From an uncultured Lachnospiraceae bacterium (GTDB lineage Bacteria > Bacillota > Clostridia > Lachnospirales > Lachnospiraceae), in assembly GCA_944381745.1 (NCBI GenBank), contig CALWMI010000038.1:23934-87933 (forward strand): DNA of 64,000 nt, given 5' to 3'. This document shows positions 18,236 to 28,055 of the stretch, in pieces; the stretch's first letter is position 1; the number at the start of each line of letters is the position of its first letter. Position numbers and translations under genes: made by a program. The notes beneath the pieces were generated by a model. It ran no database searches. It saw only the letters and a list, made by a program, of their open reading frames with translations, and was not told the DNA's origin.

Positions 18236-19105
18236 ATGAGGGATTTTGTGTTGATGACAGATAATATGGCGGATCTGCCGGACAGTTATCTGAAGGAAAA
18301 TGAAGTGGAGGAAATGTCTCTTTCATATATGCTGGATGGAATTACCTACTCGAAGGAGAATTCCCTTCCGTACCCGGAATTCTACGACAAGATGCGCAAG
18401 GGTTCTATGCCCACCACTTCCCAGGTGAATCCGGAGGAGGCGAAGGAGAAATTCCTGGAGGTGCTGGAGAAAGGGCATGACATTGTGCACATCGCGTTTT
18501 CTTCTGGTTTGAGCGGGAGCTGCAACAGCACGCGGATCGCGGCGGCGGAGATTATGGAGGAGCACCCGGAGTACAAGGTGTGTGTGGTGGATTCCCTGTG
18601 CGCTTCCCTGGGGCAGGGGCTGCTGGTGCACAAAGCAGTGCAGCTCAAGAAGCAGGGCAAGGGCATGGAGGAGATTGTGGACTGGCTGGAGAATAATAAG
18701 CTGCACCTGTGCCATGTCTTCACGGTGGACGACCTGAACCACCTCTACCGCGGCGGACGGGTGTCCAGGACTGCGGCTTTCCTTGGCACGCTGGCCAACA
18801 TCAAGCCGATGCTCCATGTGGACAACGAAGGACGCCTGATCCCCCTGTCCAAGGTGAGAGGGAGGAAAAAGTCGATCAACACGCTGGTGAGTATGATGGA
18901 GGAGCGGATCGGCTCTTACCGGGAGGAGAACGACGAGATCTTTATCAGCCACGGGGACTGCCTGGAGGATGCGGAATATCTGAAGAAGCTGATCGAAGAG
19001 AAATTCGGCATCCAGAGCTTCCTGATCGATTATGTGGGACCCACCATCGGGGCGCATTCGGGCCCGGGAACCCTGGCGCTGTTTTTCATGGGCGAGAAGC
19101 GGTAA
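18236..19105 (+). CDS. DegV family fatty-acid-binding protein
   Basis: PTTSQVN, FSSGLSGS, VDSLCASLGQG, GGRVS and IGAHSGPG motifs. Confidence 0.93.
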   Translation: MRDFVLMTDNMADLPDSYLKENEVEEMSLSYMLDGITYSKENSLPYPEFYDKMRKGSMPTTSQVNPEEAKEKFLEVLEKGHDIVHIAFSSGLSGSCNSTRIAAAEIMEEHPEYKVCVVDSLCASLGQGLLVHKAVQLKKQGKGMEEIVDWLENNKLHLCHVFTVDDLNHLYRGGRVSRTAAFLGTLANIKPMLHVDNEGRLIPLSKVRGRKKSINTLVSMMEERIGSYREENDEIFISHGDCLEDAEYLKKLIEEKFGIQSFLIDYVGPTIGAHSGPGTLALFFMGEKR

Positions 19106-19109
19106 TGAG

Positions 19110-19751
19110 ATGAAAAAGAGGCTTTTGTTTATCGGCGACAGCATCACAGACTGCGACCATTTGTGGGATTTCCAGGAGGAGGCCCTGGGAAATGGCTATG
19201 TCCGTATGATCGCAGAGTATATGGAGAAGATCAGCGGTAACTACGAGGTGATCAACTGCGGCTTTAACGGCTTCACCTCCGGGGATCTGCTCCATTACTG
19301 GCAGCGCAACGGTAAGGCGCTCAGGCCGGATGTGGTGACCGTCCTGGTGGGCGTGAATGATATCGCGGAGTATTTTGATATGGATTACCGGGGAGGGCTG
19401 TGGAGATTCTCCAACAACTACGAGCGCCTGCTGGAGAGCATTGTGGCCGAGACAGGAGCCAGGCTGGTGCTGATGGAACCCTTCGTGTTCACCAGGCCGG
19501 AATACTTGAAGGAGTGGCATGTCTACATCCGGGAGGAGATCCGCATGATCCAGGGGATGGCCAGGAAGTACCGCACCGGCTATGTGCCGCTCTACGACGG
19601 CATGATGAAGGCGCGGGCGGCTTTCGGGGAGGATGCGCTGACCGTGGACGGGATGCATCTGACGGAGAAGGGCAACGAGATCCTGGCGGCCCTGTGGACG
19701 CAGAGCACGGTGGAGAAGACGGAGGATGGCTGCCGCGTGTGCGGCGTGTGA
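19110..19751 (+). CDS. SGNH/GDSL hydrolase
   Basis: FIGDSIT, G.NG, GVND and DGMH blocks; start set at ATG 19110. Confidence 0.88.
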   Translation: MKKRLLFIGDSITDCDHLWDFQEEALGNGYVRMIAEYMEKISGNYEVINCGFNGFTSGDLLHYWQRNGKALRPDVVTVLVGVNDIAEYFDMDYRGGLWRFSNNYERLLESIVAETGARLVLMEPFVFTRPEYLKEWHVYIREEIRMIQGMARKYRTGYVPLYDGMMKARAAFGEDALTVDGMHLTEKGNEILAALWTQSTVEKTEDGCRVCGV

Positions 19752-19767
19752 CAGAGACATGAATGAT

Positions 19768-19818
19768 AGGAGGATATCCCTTGGCCATAAGGCCTGCGGG
19801 GTACCCTCCTTCTTTTTT
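19768..19818. terminator. Terminator hairpin between convergent genes
   Basis: AGGAGGATATCCC / GGGGTACCCTCCT imperfect stem followed by a T run. Confidence 0.6.
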
Positions 19819-19933
19819 GTACGGCAGGCCGGCAAGTGCCGGCGGTTCTTGCACAGGCTGGCAAGTGCCGGGCTGCGGACGGCCGCGCTTGCATAGGCAG
19901 GCATATGCCGGGCAGCGGGCGGCCTAACTCCTG

Positions 19934-20551
19934 CTATTTGCAGGAGTTGGGCTTTGCACAGTCGAAGCTGGGGTTGAAGGCGTAGAAGTTTTTCGCGTCC
20001 AGGCTGTCCTGGAGCATGCGCAGGGCTTCACCGAAACGCTGGAAGTGGACGATTTCACGCTCCCGCAGGAAGCGGATGGGATCGCAGACCTCCGGATCCT
20101 TCACAAGCCGCAGGATATTGTCGTAGGTGCTCCGGGCCTTCTGCTCCGCAGCCAGATCCTCTGTGAGGTCTGTGATGGGATCGCCCTTGGACTGGAATTC
20201 GCAGGCGTTGAACGGGATGCCGCCTGCGGCCTGGGGCCAGACGCCGGTTGTATGGTCGACATAATATTTTTCAAAGCCGGAGGCCATGACCTCCTCGGGA
20301 GTGATGCCCTTGGTGAGCTGGTAGACGATGGCGCCGATCATCTCCAGGTGGGCCAGCTCCTCTGTGCCGATATCGTTCAGAAGCCCGGCAATTTTCTTGT
20401 CCGGCATGGAATACTTCTGGGAGAGATAGCGCATGGAGGCCGCCAGCTCCCCGTCCGGCCCGCCGAACTGGCTGATGATCACCTGGGCGATCTGCGGGTT
20501 GGTCTTCGTGATGTTTACCGGGTACTGCAGGCGTTTTTCATAGTTCCACAT
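19934..20551 (-). CDS. cotJC: Spore coat manganese-catalase-like protein CotJC
   Basis: MWNYEKRLQYPV, QFGGPDGEL, DIGTEELAH and REIVHFQRF motifs. Confidence 0.93.
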   Translation of the reverse strand: MWNYEKRLQYPVNITKTNPQIAQVIISQFGGPDGELAASMRYLSQKYSMPDKKIAGLLNDIGTEELAHLEMIGAIVYQLTKGITPEEVMASGFEKYYVDHTTGVWPQAAGGIPFNACEFQSKGDPITDLTEDLAAEQKARSTYDNILRLVKDPEVCDPIRFLREREIVHFQRFGEALRMLQDSLDAKNFYAFNPSFDCAKPNSCK

Positions 20552-20552
20552 A

Positions 20553-20825
20553 TCAGCATCCTCCTTCCCACGGGAGAGGGCCTGCGCCCCAATCCCACTG
20601 TTGACGGCTGTTCTGGGAGGCGTCTCTTGTCAGGGGGTAGAAGGCTTCTGCGAAGTCCTCCATGGCCTGCCGGCGAAGGCCGGAATAGTTGGCAAAGTAG
20701 GCGAGAGCCTCCTGGTCCTGCGGATGGGTGTCCAGATAGAGGGCGGCGTCGTCCGCCGCAAAGCTTACCATATTGATCCAGTGCAGCAGGGCTGCCTTCG
20801 ATTTGTAGCGGCTGTTCGCAGTCAT
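20553..20825 (-). CDS. cotJB: Spore coat protein CotJB
   Basis: LYLDTHP.D.EAL and W.W...PLPWE motifs; start at ATG 20825. Confidence 0.88.
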   Translation of the reverse strand: MTANSRYKSKAALLHWINMVSFAADDAALYLDTHPQDQEALAYFANYSGLRRQAMEDFAEAFYPLTRDASQNSRQQWDWGAGPLPWEGGC

Positions 20826-21007
20826 AGGCGGCACCCCTTTCTGCCCAGGAAGGGCTTGTTGAGCTCCGGAAAGATGGTCCCGCACTGCAGGGCCTTATCC
20901 GGCTCGTACGTATCGGAAAAATGCTGCCACGGCACATAGGCCATGGCGACAGGATAGTCGGGGGCCGGTATCGTCCGAGACGGTGCCGGATGATAATAAT
21001 TTTGCAT
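20822..21007 (-). CDS. cotJA: Spore coat associated protein CotJA
   Basis: AMAYVPWQ and GTIFPELNKPF motifs; overlaps cotJB start. Confidence 0.88.
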   Translation of the reverse strand: MQNYYHPAPSRTIPAPDYPVAMAYVPWQHFSDTYEPDKALQCGTIFPELNKPFLGRKGCRL

Positions 21008-21140
21008 AATCGGATCCTTTCCATCATAAAAGTCAGATGATTCGATATTATATTATGTTAAGCAGTTGAAAATGTGCTATAATGGGTGCAGAGATGCCGG
21101 GGCATCCTGGGCGGCAACTGGAAGAAAGGCGGAGGACAGC

Positions 21141-22925
21141 ATGGCAGAGTGGATGAGGCGCCTGCGGGAGGGCAGCAGGAATATGGCGGGACAGCTGGGC
21201 GCGCAGCTGCTGTGCTGGATGGCGGCGCTGATTGTGCTGGAGAGGGCTGGGAGCCTGGCGGCGGAGCGCATCCTGTCCGGTATGGGCTACAGTTACCTGA
21301 CAGCGGAGAATTTTGCCGTGTTCCTGTCCAATCCGCTGACGGCGGCCCTGCTCCTGGGAGGAGGGGTTTTCCTGCTTGGCGTCCTGGAGCTGGACGCATT
21401 GATGCATGTGCAGTCGGTGCTCTATGGCAGGGCAGGGATGAAACGAGGGGCTCTGGAGACTGTGGAGGACGGCATAGACCGCTGGAAGGAGCTCTGGCGC
21501 AGGGGAGGGGCTGTGTGGCTTGCGCCGGCCGGGCTCTTCGGCATAGCCGCCGGAGGAGGCGCGGCTGTGGGCGCTGTGCGGAATATGAAACTCCTGCGGT
21601 ATGCGTTCCAGCGGGCGTGGAACGCCGGAGGCGGGCCGTGGATGGGTGTTTTGGCGTTGGCCCTGGCGGTGTTGTCGCTGTTTTCTGTCTTCGTGTTCCC
21701 AGCAGCCCTGTGCGAGAAGAAACGTGCCGGGGAGGCTTTCCGGGAAAGCTTCCGGATGGTGGGCGGGAACCTGCCCCGTGTGGCGGGGAGCCTGGCGCTG
21801 TGCTGGGTGCTGGTCTTGACGGCCTGCCTGTTACTGTATTATCTGGCCATGGGGGCGGCAGCGGCGGCGGTGTGGCTGCTGCGCCCGGCGGAGGCTGTGC
21901 TGCCCACGCTCTATCTGTTGGACGGCTATGTCCAGGCCGCAGGTTTCCTGGCGGCAGGCATTGTGGGGGCTGCGGTTCACACCCGCGCCGTCATGGCTAT
22001 GTATGCGCGGTATCGCCCGGAGGCAATGGCTGGGAGAAGGCGGAAGGCGTCAAGGGCCAGGCGGCGCGGGCGGGCAGCCTGGATCATGGCATTCCTATTT
22101 GTACTGGAGGCGGCCTACCTGTATCAGGCGGCATTCCATGCGACCCAGATCGCGGAGGATCTCTGGGGAGGTACCTATGTCACCGCCCACCGGGGAGGAG
22201 CTGCCGCAGCTCCGGAGAATACGCTGGCTGCCCTGGAGAGCGCGATAGACAACGCCTCAGATTACGCGGAGATTGATGTGCAGGAGACGAAGGACGGCGT
22301 GCTGATCCTGCTGCACGACAGCGATTTTTCCCGCACAACCGGATGGCGGGGAAAGGTGTGGGAGACAGATTACAGACAGGTGTGCGCCTTGGATGCGGGC
22401 AGCAGCTTCAGCGATGATTTCGCCGGAGAACCGGTTCCCACGCTGGAGGAGGCGCTGGAGCTGTGCCAGGGGCGGCTGGATTTGAATATTGAGCTGAAGA
22501 GCAACGGGCACAACGAAGGGATTGCGGAGAAGACCGTCGCCTTGATAGAGACGAAGGGCATGGAGGGGCAGTGCGTGATCACCTCCATGGATTACCAGTT
22601 CCTCAGGGAGGTCAAGGAGCTGAACGGAGATATCCGGACAGGCTACATTGTGACCATGGCGTATGGCCAAGTGGGAGCGCTGGAGTACGCGGATTTCCTG
22701 AGCGCCAGCAGGGACTGCGTCACGGAAGGCTTCGTGCGCCGTGCCCACAGAAGCGGCAAGGAGGTGCATGTCTGGACGGTCAATTCCCGGCGGGATATGC
22801 GCCGGATGATCGCGGCGGGTGCGGACAACCTGATTACGGACCGGCCGGGGGTAGCCCGGGAGGTGCTGGAGGAGGACGGGAGCAGCCTGGGATTCATGGA
22901 ATTGTTCGCAGCCTTGTGGGGATAA
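21141..22925 (+). CDS. Membrane-anchored glycerophosphodiester phosphodiesterase
   Basis: Multi-TM N-terminus followed by AHRG, PENT, EIDV, NIELK and WTVN GDPD motifs. Confidence 0.88.
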   Translation: MAEWMRRLREGSRNMAGQLGAQLLCWMAALIVLERAGSLAAERILSGMGYSYLTAENFAVFLSNPLTAALLLGGGVFLLGVLELDALMHVQSVLYGRAGMKRGALETVEDGIDRWKELWRRGGAVWLAPAGLFGIAAGGGAAVGAVRNMKLLRYAFQRAWNAGGGPWMGVLALALAVLSLFSVFVFPAALCEKKRAGEAFRESFRMVGGNLPRVAGSLALCWVLVLTACLLLYYLAMGAAAAAVWLLRPAEAVLPTLYLLDGYVQAAGFLAAGIVGAAVHTRAVMAMYARYRPEAMAGRRRKASRARRRGRAAWIMAFLFVLEAAYLYQAAFHATQIAEDLWGGTYVTAHRGGAAAAPENTLAALESAIDNASDYAEIDVQETKDGVLILLHDSDFSRTTGWRGKVWETDYRQVCALDAGSSFSDDFAGEPVPTLEEALELCQGRLDLNIELKSNGHNEGIAEKTVALIETKGMEGQCVITSMDYQFLREVKELNGDIRTGYIVTMAYGQVGALEYADFLSASRDCVTEGFVRRAHRSGKEVHVWTVNSRRDMRRMIAAGADNLITDRPGVAREVLEEDGSSLGFMELFAALWG

Positions 22926-23128
22926 GAGTTCGCTTGGTGTTCGCGCAGGACGCTTGGATGGCGCGCAGACGCTGTCCGGGACTCAGAAAATTTTAAGAAT
23001 TGATCGACAAATTTTAGGTTTATCTATCCTCCCGGACATGCTATAATGACCGGGAGGGCAGGCCGCAGGAAGGGAAAAAGCGAGCGGCCTGTGCGGGATG
23101 GACTTGCTGTGCAGAAAGGGGGGTGAGT

Positions 23129-24664
23129 ATGGCATTCAGACGGGGAAGACGTGCGAAGAGAAAGAGCGCGGCCAGACGCCGGGCGCTGGCAGAACGCCGG
23201 GCGCGCCGCAGGAGGCGCGCGGAAGAGGCGGCGGCCTATGAGCCGTCCAGGCGCTACGGGACAGACGGCGGCTATGACCAGCTGTCCAGGCGCTACGGAG
23301 CGGCCAGCAGCTATGTGCAGCCAGCCGGGCGTTACGGGGCGGCCAGCAGCTATGCGCAGCCAGCCGGGCGTTATGGGGCGGACGGCGGCTACAGCCAGGC
23401 GGCGTACAGGAGCCGCTATGGGCGGGACGCCCAGGAACGGTATGAAGAGCGGTACGAGGACGCTTATCCGCCCAGGAGGAGACGGCGCAGCGCCAGGCCC
23501 CGCAGGATGTTCCGCTTTTCCCTGAGCTGGAAGCGGGTGGGCGAGGGATACTGCGATTACAACCTGCTGATGGTGGTGATTTTCCTTCTGTGCTTCGGCC
23601 TGATTATGCTGTACAGCACCACCTATTATCTGAGCCAGCTGGAGTACGAGGGGGACAGCTTCCATTACTTGAAGAGGCAGGGGCTGATCAGCCTTGGCGG
23701 GCTGGCCGGCATGTATGTGGTGTCGAAGATCCCCTACCAGCTCTGGAAGAAGCTGGCATGGCTCGGGTACTGTGCGGCGGCTGTGTCGGTGATCCTTCTG
23801 CTGACCCCTCTGGGGCGGGAGAGCAACGGGGCGACGCGGTGGCTCGGGGTGACGGAGGCGATCTCCTTCCAGCCGGCCGAGCTGTGCAAGCTGGCGCTGA
23901 TTGTCTTCATCCCCTATGTGGTGACCCAGGTGGGGAGGAATGTCCGCACGCTCAAGTGTTCCCTGCTGCTCCTGACCTTGGGAGGGTTCCTCAGCGGACT
24001 CATCCTGGTGATTTCCAGGAACCTAAGCTCAGCGCTGATCCTGCTGGGCATTACCGTGGTGATCCTGTATATTGTCCATCCCAAGACTTGGCCGTTCCTA
24101 GCCGTGGGGGGCGCGGGGCTGGCCAGCGTGTGGGCGTTCATCCATTTTGTCGTCCGGAATATGGACACGAGCACCAATTACCGGCTGCGCCGGATCATTG
24201 GCTGGCTGAACCCGGAGGAGTACGCCTCCGACCTGACCTACCAGACGATGCAGGCGCTGTACGCCATCGGCAGCGGCGGGCTGTTCGGCAAGGGGCTGGG
24301 GAACAGCGCCCAGAAGATGATTCTGCCGGAGGCCCAGAACGACATGATTTTCTCGATTATCTGCGAGGAGCTGGGGATTTTCGGCGTGGCCATCGTCCTG
24401 TTCCTGTTTGCGATCTTGCTCTACCGATTGATGTTTATTGCCAGAAACGCGGCAGACCTGTACGGTTCCCTGGTGGCCACTGGGATTTTCGCCCACATCG
24501 CGATCCAGGTGATCCTGAATATCGCGGTGGTGACCAACGTGATCCCCAACACGGGAATCACCCTCCCCTTCATCAGCTACGGGGGAACCTCCATTGTTTT
24601 CCTGATGGCGGAGATGGGGCTGGCGCTGAACATATCCCGGTCAATCAAATGGAAGAAAGATTAA
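23129..24664 (+). CDS. FtsW/RodA/SpoVE-family peptidoglycan glycosyltransferase with a long low-complexity N-terminus
   Basis: NGATRW, FQPAELCK, GSGGLFGKGLG, PEAQNDMIF and TGITLPFISYGGTS motifs. Confidence 0.92.
   Translation: MAFRRGRRAKRKSAARRRALAERRARRRRRAEEAAAYEPSRRYGTDGGYDQLSRRYGAASSYVQPAGRYGAASSYAQPAGRYGADGGYSQAAYRSRYGRDAQERYEERYEDAYPPRRRRRSARPRRMFRFSLSWKRVGEGYCDYNLLMVVIFLLCFGLIMLYSTTYYLSQLEYEGDSFHYLKRQGLISLGGLAGMYVVSKIPYQLWKKLAWLGYCAAAVSVILLLTPLGRESNGATRWLGVTEAISFQPAELCKLALIVFIPYVVTQVGRNVRTLKCSLLLLTLGGFLSGLILVISRNLSSALILLGITVVILYIVHPKTWPFLAVGGAGLASVWAFIHFVVRNMDTSTNYRLRRIIGWLNPEEYASDLTYQTMQALYAIGSGGLFGKGLGNSAQKMILPEAQNDMIFSIICEELGIFGVAIVLFLFAILLYRLMFIARNAADLYGSLVATGIFAHIAIQVILNIAVVTNVIPNTGITLPFISYGGTSIVFLMAEMGLALNISRSIKWKKD
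23252..23407 (+). repeat. 4 x 39-nt (13-aa RYG..) in-frame repeat in the FtsW-family N-terminus
   Basis: RYGTDGGYDQLSR / RYGAASSYVQPAG / RYGAASSYAQPAG / RYGADGGYSQAAY. Confidence 0.9.
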
Positions 24665-24709
24665 ACCGTGTATCCCATGGGGCAGTGTCCCGGGATGGAC
24701 GGTTTTTTT
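24663..24709 (+). terminator. Rho-independent terminator after the FtsW-family gene
   Basis: AAACCGT..ATCCC / GGGAT..ACGGTTT stem followed by a T run. Confidence 0.7.
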
Positions 24710-24733
24710 CTGTCTGCCGCCCTGCGGGCGCTA

Positions 24734-24787
24734 TTGACAATTAATCGCAATTAACCTATCATAATTCTGTAAATGAGGAAAATTATC
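24734..24787 (+). promoter_or_regulatory. feoAB promoter with a downstream Fur-box-like site
   Basis: TTGACA 24734-24739, 17-nt spacer, TATCAT 24757-24762; 24769-24787 matches GATAATGATAATCATTATC at 13/19 positions. Confidence 0.6.
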
Positions 24788-24809
24788 GATAGAGAGCAGC
24801 GCTGGCTGA

Positions 24810-24899
24810 GAGAGACAGCAGAATTGGGAGAGACAGAAGAATTGGGAGAGACAGAAGAATTGAGAGAGACAGAAGAATTGAGAGAGACAGAAGAATGGA
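24810..24899 (+). repeat. 5 x 18-nt tandem repeat (gagagacagaagaattgr) upstream of and in frame with feoA
   Basis: Units start at 24810, 24828, 24846, 24864 and 24882. Confidence 0.92.
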
Positions 24900-24907
24900 G
24901 AAGAGAC

Positions 24908-25138
24908 ATGACGATCTGTGACGGCAGGATCAACGAGACGTACGAGGTGGAGCGCCTGGATATCAGGGAGGAGATTCTCCGGCGCCTGGAGGCGCTGGGC
25001 ATCAACGAGGGGACGAAGGTGACCGTCCTGAACCGGAAGAGGAACGGCGCGTGTATCATCAAGGTGAGAGGGACAAGATGGGCGGTGGGCAGGAAGATTG
25101 CCTCCGGAATTCTTGTGCGGGTGCCCGCCGATGAATAG
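24908..25138 (+). CDS. feoA: Ferrous iron transport protein A
   Basis: RRLEALGINEGTKV and IKVRGTRWAVGR FeoA pattern; precedes feoB. Confidence 0.88.
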   Translation: MTICDGRINETYEVERLDIREEILRRLEALGINEGTKVTVLNRKRNGACIIKVRGTRWAVGRKIASGILVRVPADE

Positions 25139-27125
25139 AGAGATGAAGAGAGAGCTGACGGTGGCGTTCGTGGGCAATCCCAACTGCGGGAAGACGACAC
25201 TGTTCAACGCCTTTACCGGAGCGAACCTGAAGGTGGCCAACTGGCCGGGGGTGACAGTGGAGAAGAAGGAGGGGGAGGCCAATTACAAAGGGCACCGGAT
25301 CCGTCTGATCGACCTGCCGGGCACCTACAGCCTGACCTCCTACTCCATTGAGGAGCGGGTGTCCCGGAAGTGCATCATGGAGGAGGAGGCCGACGTGATC
25401 ATCAACGTGGTGGACGCCTCCTCCCTGGAGAGGAACCTGTACCTGACCCTGCAGCTTTTGGAGATGGGCAAGCCGGTGGTGATGGCCCTGAACATGATGG
25501 ATATCGTGGAGGAGAGGGGCATGGAGATCGACCTGCACCGCCTGCCGGAGATGCTGGGCCATATCCCGGTGATCCCGGTGTCCGCCAGGAAGCGCGCGGG
25601 GCTGGACGTGCTGATGCACGCGGCAGTGCATCATTACAGCGAGGGAGCCGCGCCCTTCCATATCGACTATGGGGAGAAGCTGGAGGAGGATATCTGCGGT
25701 GTGCAAAAGCTTCTGGAGAAGGAGTATCCAGAGCTTGTCAACCCGCGCTGGCATGCCTTGAAGATCCTGGAGAACGACGGGGAGGTGCGGGAGCATTACC
25801 CTCTGCCGGACAAGGAGCGGGAGAAGAACCTGGAGATCCAGATTATCAATAAGAAATACGCCTATATTGAAGAGATTGTGGAGGAGTGCCTGTTCTACAA
25901 GAGCGAGAAGGCAGCTTCCACAGACCGGATTGACCGGCTGCTCACCCACCCGGTATGGGGAGTCCCGGTGTTCCTGTGCATCATGGCGGTGGTGTTCTTC
26001 CTCACCTTTACAGTGGGAGATGCCCTGAAAGGCGTCTTCGAGCAGGTGCTGGACATGGCGTCCTCCGGCGTGCGCATGTTCCTGACGGATATGGACGCCT
26101 CGGAGTGGCTGGTGTCCCTGGTGGTGGATGGCATTATCGCGGGCGTCGGGGGGATTCTCACCTTCCTGCCCAACATTTTCATCCTGTTCCTGGCGCTGGC
26201 CTTGCTGGAGGACAGCGGCTACATGGCCAGGGTGGCCTATGTGATGGATGGGATTATGGGCAAGGCAGGGCTGTCCGGCAAGGCTTTCCTGCCTATGGTG
26301 CTGGGTTTTGGCTGCACCGTGCCGGCGATTATGGCCACAAGGACGCTGGAGAGCCAGAGAGACCGGCTCAAGACAATTCTGGTGACGCCCTTCATGTCGT
26401 GTTCCGCCAGGCTGCCGGTCTATGTGCTGTTTTCCGAGATCTTTTTCCCGGAGTATGCGGCGCTGACCGCCTTTTCCATGTATGTGATCGGGCTTGCCGC
26501 AGCGATTGCCGTCGCCCTTATCTTCAATAAGGCAGACCGCAAAGGCTCCGACAACACGCTCCTGATCGAGCTGCCGGAGTACAAGGTTCCCAACGCCTAC
26601 ACAATCTGGATCTATGTGTGGGAGAAGGTGAAGGATTATCTTACGAAGGCGGGTACGACGATTTTTGTGGCCTCCATTTTTATCTGGTTCCTGCTGAACT
26701 ATGGGCCGGCCGGCATGGTGACGGACGTATCCCAGAGCTTCGGGGCAGCGGTGGGCCACTGGCTGGAGCCGGTGCTCTCCCTGGCTGGGCTGGGGCATTG
26801 GCAGATTGCGGTGTCCCTGCTGTCCGGCATCTCCGCCAAGGAAGTGGTGGTGTCCAGCCTGTGCGTCATGTTTGGGATCGGCAATGCCAACTCGGCGGCA
26901 GGGATGTCCGCCCTTCACGCCAACCTGGGGGCGCTGGGCTTCGGCGCGCTGAACGCCTATGCGATGATGGTGTTCTGCCTGCTGTACACGCCGTGTGTGG
27001 CCACGATTGCCACCATCCGCAAGGAGACCAACTCCATGAAGTGGACGCTGGGGATGGTGGCGTTCCAGCTGGTGTTCGCGTGGGCGGCGGCGGTGCTGGT
27101 CTTCCAGGTGGGAGGCCTGTTCTGA
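25131..27125 (+). CDS. feoB: Ferrous iron transport protein B
   Basis: GNPNCGKTT, NWPGVTVE, DLPGTYSL, NMMD, GFGCTVPA and PFMSCSARL motifs. Confidence 0.96.
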   Translation: MNREMKRELTVAFVGNPNCGKTTLFNAFTGANLKVANWPGVTVEKKEGEANYKGHRIRLIDLPGTYSLTSYSIEERVSRKCIMEEEADVIINVVDASSLERNLYLTLQLLEMGKPVVMALNMMDIVEERGMEIDLHRLPEMLGHIPVIPVSARKRAGLDVLMHAAVHHYSEGAAPFHIDYGEKLEEDICGVQKLLEKEYPELVNPRWHALKILENDGEVREHYPLPDKEREKNLEIQIINKKYAYIEEIVEECLFYKSEKAASTDRIDRLLTHPVWGVPVFLCIMAVVFFLTFTVGDALKGVFEQVLDMASSGVRMFLTDMDASEWLVSLVVDGIIAGVGGILTFLPNIFILFLALALLEDSGYMARVAYVMDGIMGKAGLSGKAFLPMVLGFGCTVPAIMATRTLESQRDRLKTILVTPFMSCSARLPVYVLFSEIFFPEYAALTAFSMYVIGLAAAIAVALIFNKADRKGSDNTLLIELPEYKVPNAYTIWIYVWEKVKDYLTKAGTTIFVASIFIWFLLNYGPAGMVTDVSQSFGAAVGHWLEPVLSLAGLGHWQIAVSLLSGISAKEVVVSSLCVMFGIGNANSAAGMSALHANLGALGFGALNAYAMMVFCLLYTPCVATIATIRKETNSMKWTLGMVAFQLVFAWAAAVLVFQVGGLF

Positions 27126-27192
27126 CGGCGCAGAGAGATGACAGTGACTTCATAAGGACAGATGCATACCCTAGAAGAGGGGTGATGTTCTT

Positions 27193-27969
27193 ATGAAGTC
27201 CTTTTTTTATGTGGGCGCGGGCCTGATGTTCCCGTTCCTGATGACAGCGGCGGGAGCGCTGGTGGTATTTTTCATAAAGATAAGGGAAGACGGGAGACTT
27301 TGGCGCCTGTTCCTGGGATTTGCCGCCGGGATTATGATGGCCGCCTCCATCTGGTCCCTCCTCCTGCCCTCCATCGATGCGGCGGGAAGCGGGAGGCTGC
27401 CCGCGTGGTTCCCGGCTGCCGGGGGCGTGGTGCTGGGCGGGGCATTCCTGCAGGGCGTGGACTGGCTGATGGCTTACACAGGTATTTTGGGCAGCGCCAA
27501 GACAGAGAGGCAGAAGGATGCTCTGCTGATACTGGCGGTGACCGTCCACAATATCCCGGAGGGGATGGCAGTGGGCCTGGCCTTTGCCATGTATATGCAG
27601 GCGGCAGGGGATGCCTCGCTGCTGGCGGCAGCCGCTGCCCTCTCCATGGGCATCGGCATCCAGAATTTCCCGGAGGGGGCGGCGGTGGCGCTTCCCCTCT
27701 ATCAGGAAAGACAGGGACGGGGCAGAGCCTTCCTGTGGGGCGCGGCGTCCGGGGCGGTGGAGCCTGCCGCCGGCCTGTTGGCCTTCGCCTTTGCCGGGGC
27801 GGTGCGCACGGTGCAGCCCTGGATGTTGGCTTTCGCGGCGGGGGCGATGCTGTACGTGGTCGTCCAGGAGCTGATCCCCCGGGCGGCGAAGGAGGGGCAG
27901 GGGATGGGAACTGCCGGTTTCCTGGCCGGTTTCCTGCTGATGATGGTGCTGGACGTGGCGCTGGGATAG
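27193..27969 (+). CDS. ZIP family (ZupT/GufA) metal transporter
   Basis: TVHNIPEGMAVG, GIGIQNFPEG and VVVQELIP motifs. Confidence 0.92.
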   Translation: MKSFFYVGAGLMFPFLMTAAGALVVFFIKIREDGRLWRLFLGFAAGIMMAASIWSLLLPSIDAAGSGRLPAWFPAAGGVVLGGAFLQGVDWLMAYTGILGSAKTERQKDALLILAVTVHNIPEGMAVGLAFAMYMQAAGDASLLAAAAALSMGIGIQNFPEGAAVALPLYQERQGRGRAFLWGAASGAVEPAAGLLAFAFAGAVRTVQPWMLAFAAGAMLYVVVQELIPRAAKEGQGMGTAGFLAGFLLMMVLDVALG

Positions 27970-28055
27970 GCACTGGGATAGGACTGGACTTGACGCAGGC
28001 CGCCGAAAGCGCCCAGGGGGCTGCCGGGAGGCCCTCCCTGGGCCACACCTGGGAT

